64,000 nucleotides of DNA, taken from the NCBI RefSeq assembly GCF_006345805.1, contig NC_043012.1, positions 25,110,001-25,174,000 on the forward strand, written 5' to 3'. Both the position numbers and the translations under genes were made by a program. The stretch comes from Octopus sinensis. Taxonomy: Eukaryota. Within the stretch, counting starts at the first letter, position 1. The number at the start of each line of letters is the position of its first letter. Below the pieces are notes generated by a model. The model saw nothing but the letters and a program-made list of their open reading frames with translations, ran no database searches and was not told where the DNA came from. This document shows, in pieces, positions 63,906-64,000 of this stretch.

Positions 63906-64000
63906 GTATGTATGTATACATATATATTTGGGTGTCTGAGTTTGTCCCACCAACATCACTTGACAACCGCTGCCGGTGTGTTTACGACTGTTTACGACCC
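63765..64000 (+). mobile_element. SINE family A with internal deletion, runs off the window end
   Basis: GTGGCTGTGTAGTAAATAGCTTG...AGCCTCGGGCC...GGAAACTGAAAGAAGCCCGTCG. Confidence 0.85.

Overview
Extremely repeat-rich, AT-rich eukaryotic DNA. It is very likely a coleoid cephalopod (Octopus-type) intronic or intergenic region, inferred from the SINE families and the density of (TA)n/(TG)n/(TTA)n/(GATA)n microsatellites. I could not confidently identify any host-gene exon, and almost all ORFs in the supplied track are translated microsatellites. Recognisable protein-coding sequence is transposon-derived and mostly decayed: a Tc1 transposase (1-1249), two mariner remnants, an ITm-type MITE with a transposase C-terminus, a non-autonomous Helitron with an open PIF1-helicase C-terminal ORF (17107-18009), a deleted Gypsy-type LTR element (23589-~26340), three R4/Dong-like REL-endonuclease LINE fragments, and a MULE transposase split by a SINE. 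At least four tRNA-derived SINE families are present, with visible head/tail module swapping. The most striking unannotated signal is a dense and diverse set of type I hammerhead-ribozyme motifs (CUGAnGA...GAAA plus self-complementary stem III), of the kind known from Penelope-like elements and retrozymes. These include a fully canonical motif repeated in a 431-bp head-to-tail tandem (36216-37020; retrozyme-like, predicted 431-nt self-excised RNA), a family with a ~57-nt stem-II insertion (36077, 39550), a long-stem-II variant (59415) and several (TA)n-embedded minimal motifs. There are also five fold-back palindromes, two of them independent copies of one element whose arms vary in concert, and a degenerate 68-69-bp tandem array. 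A 100-N assembly gap lies at 13642-13741. All ribozyme calls are manual base-pairing predictions, and activity is untested.
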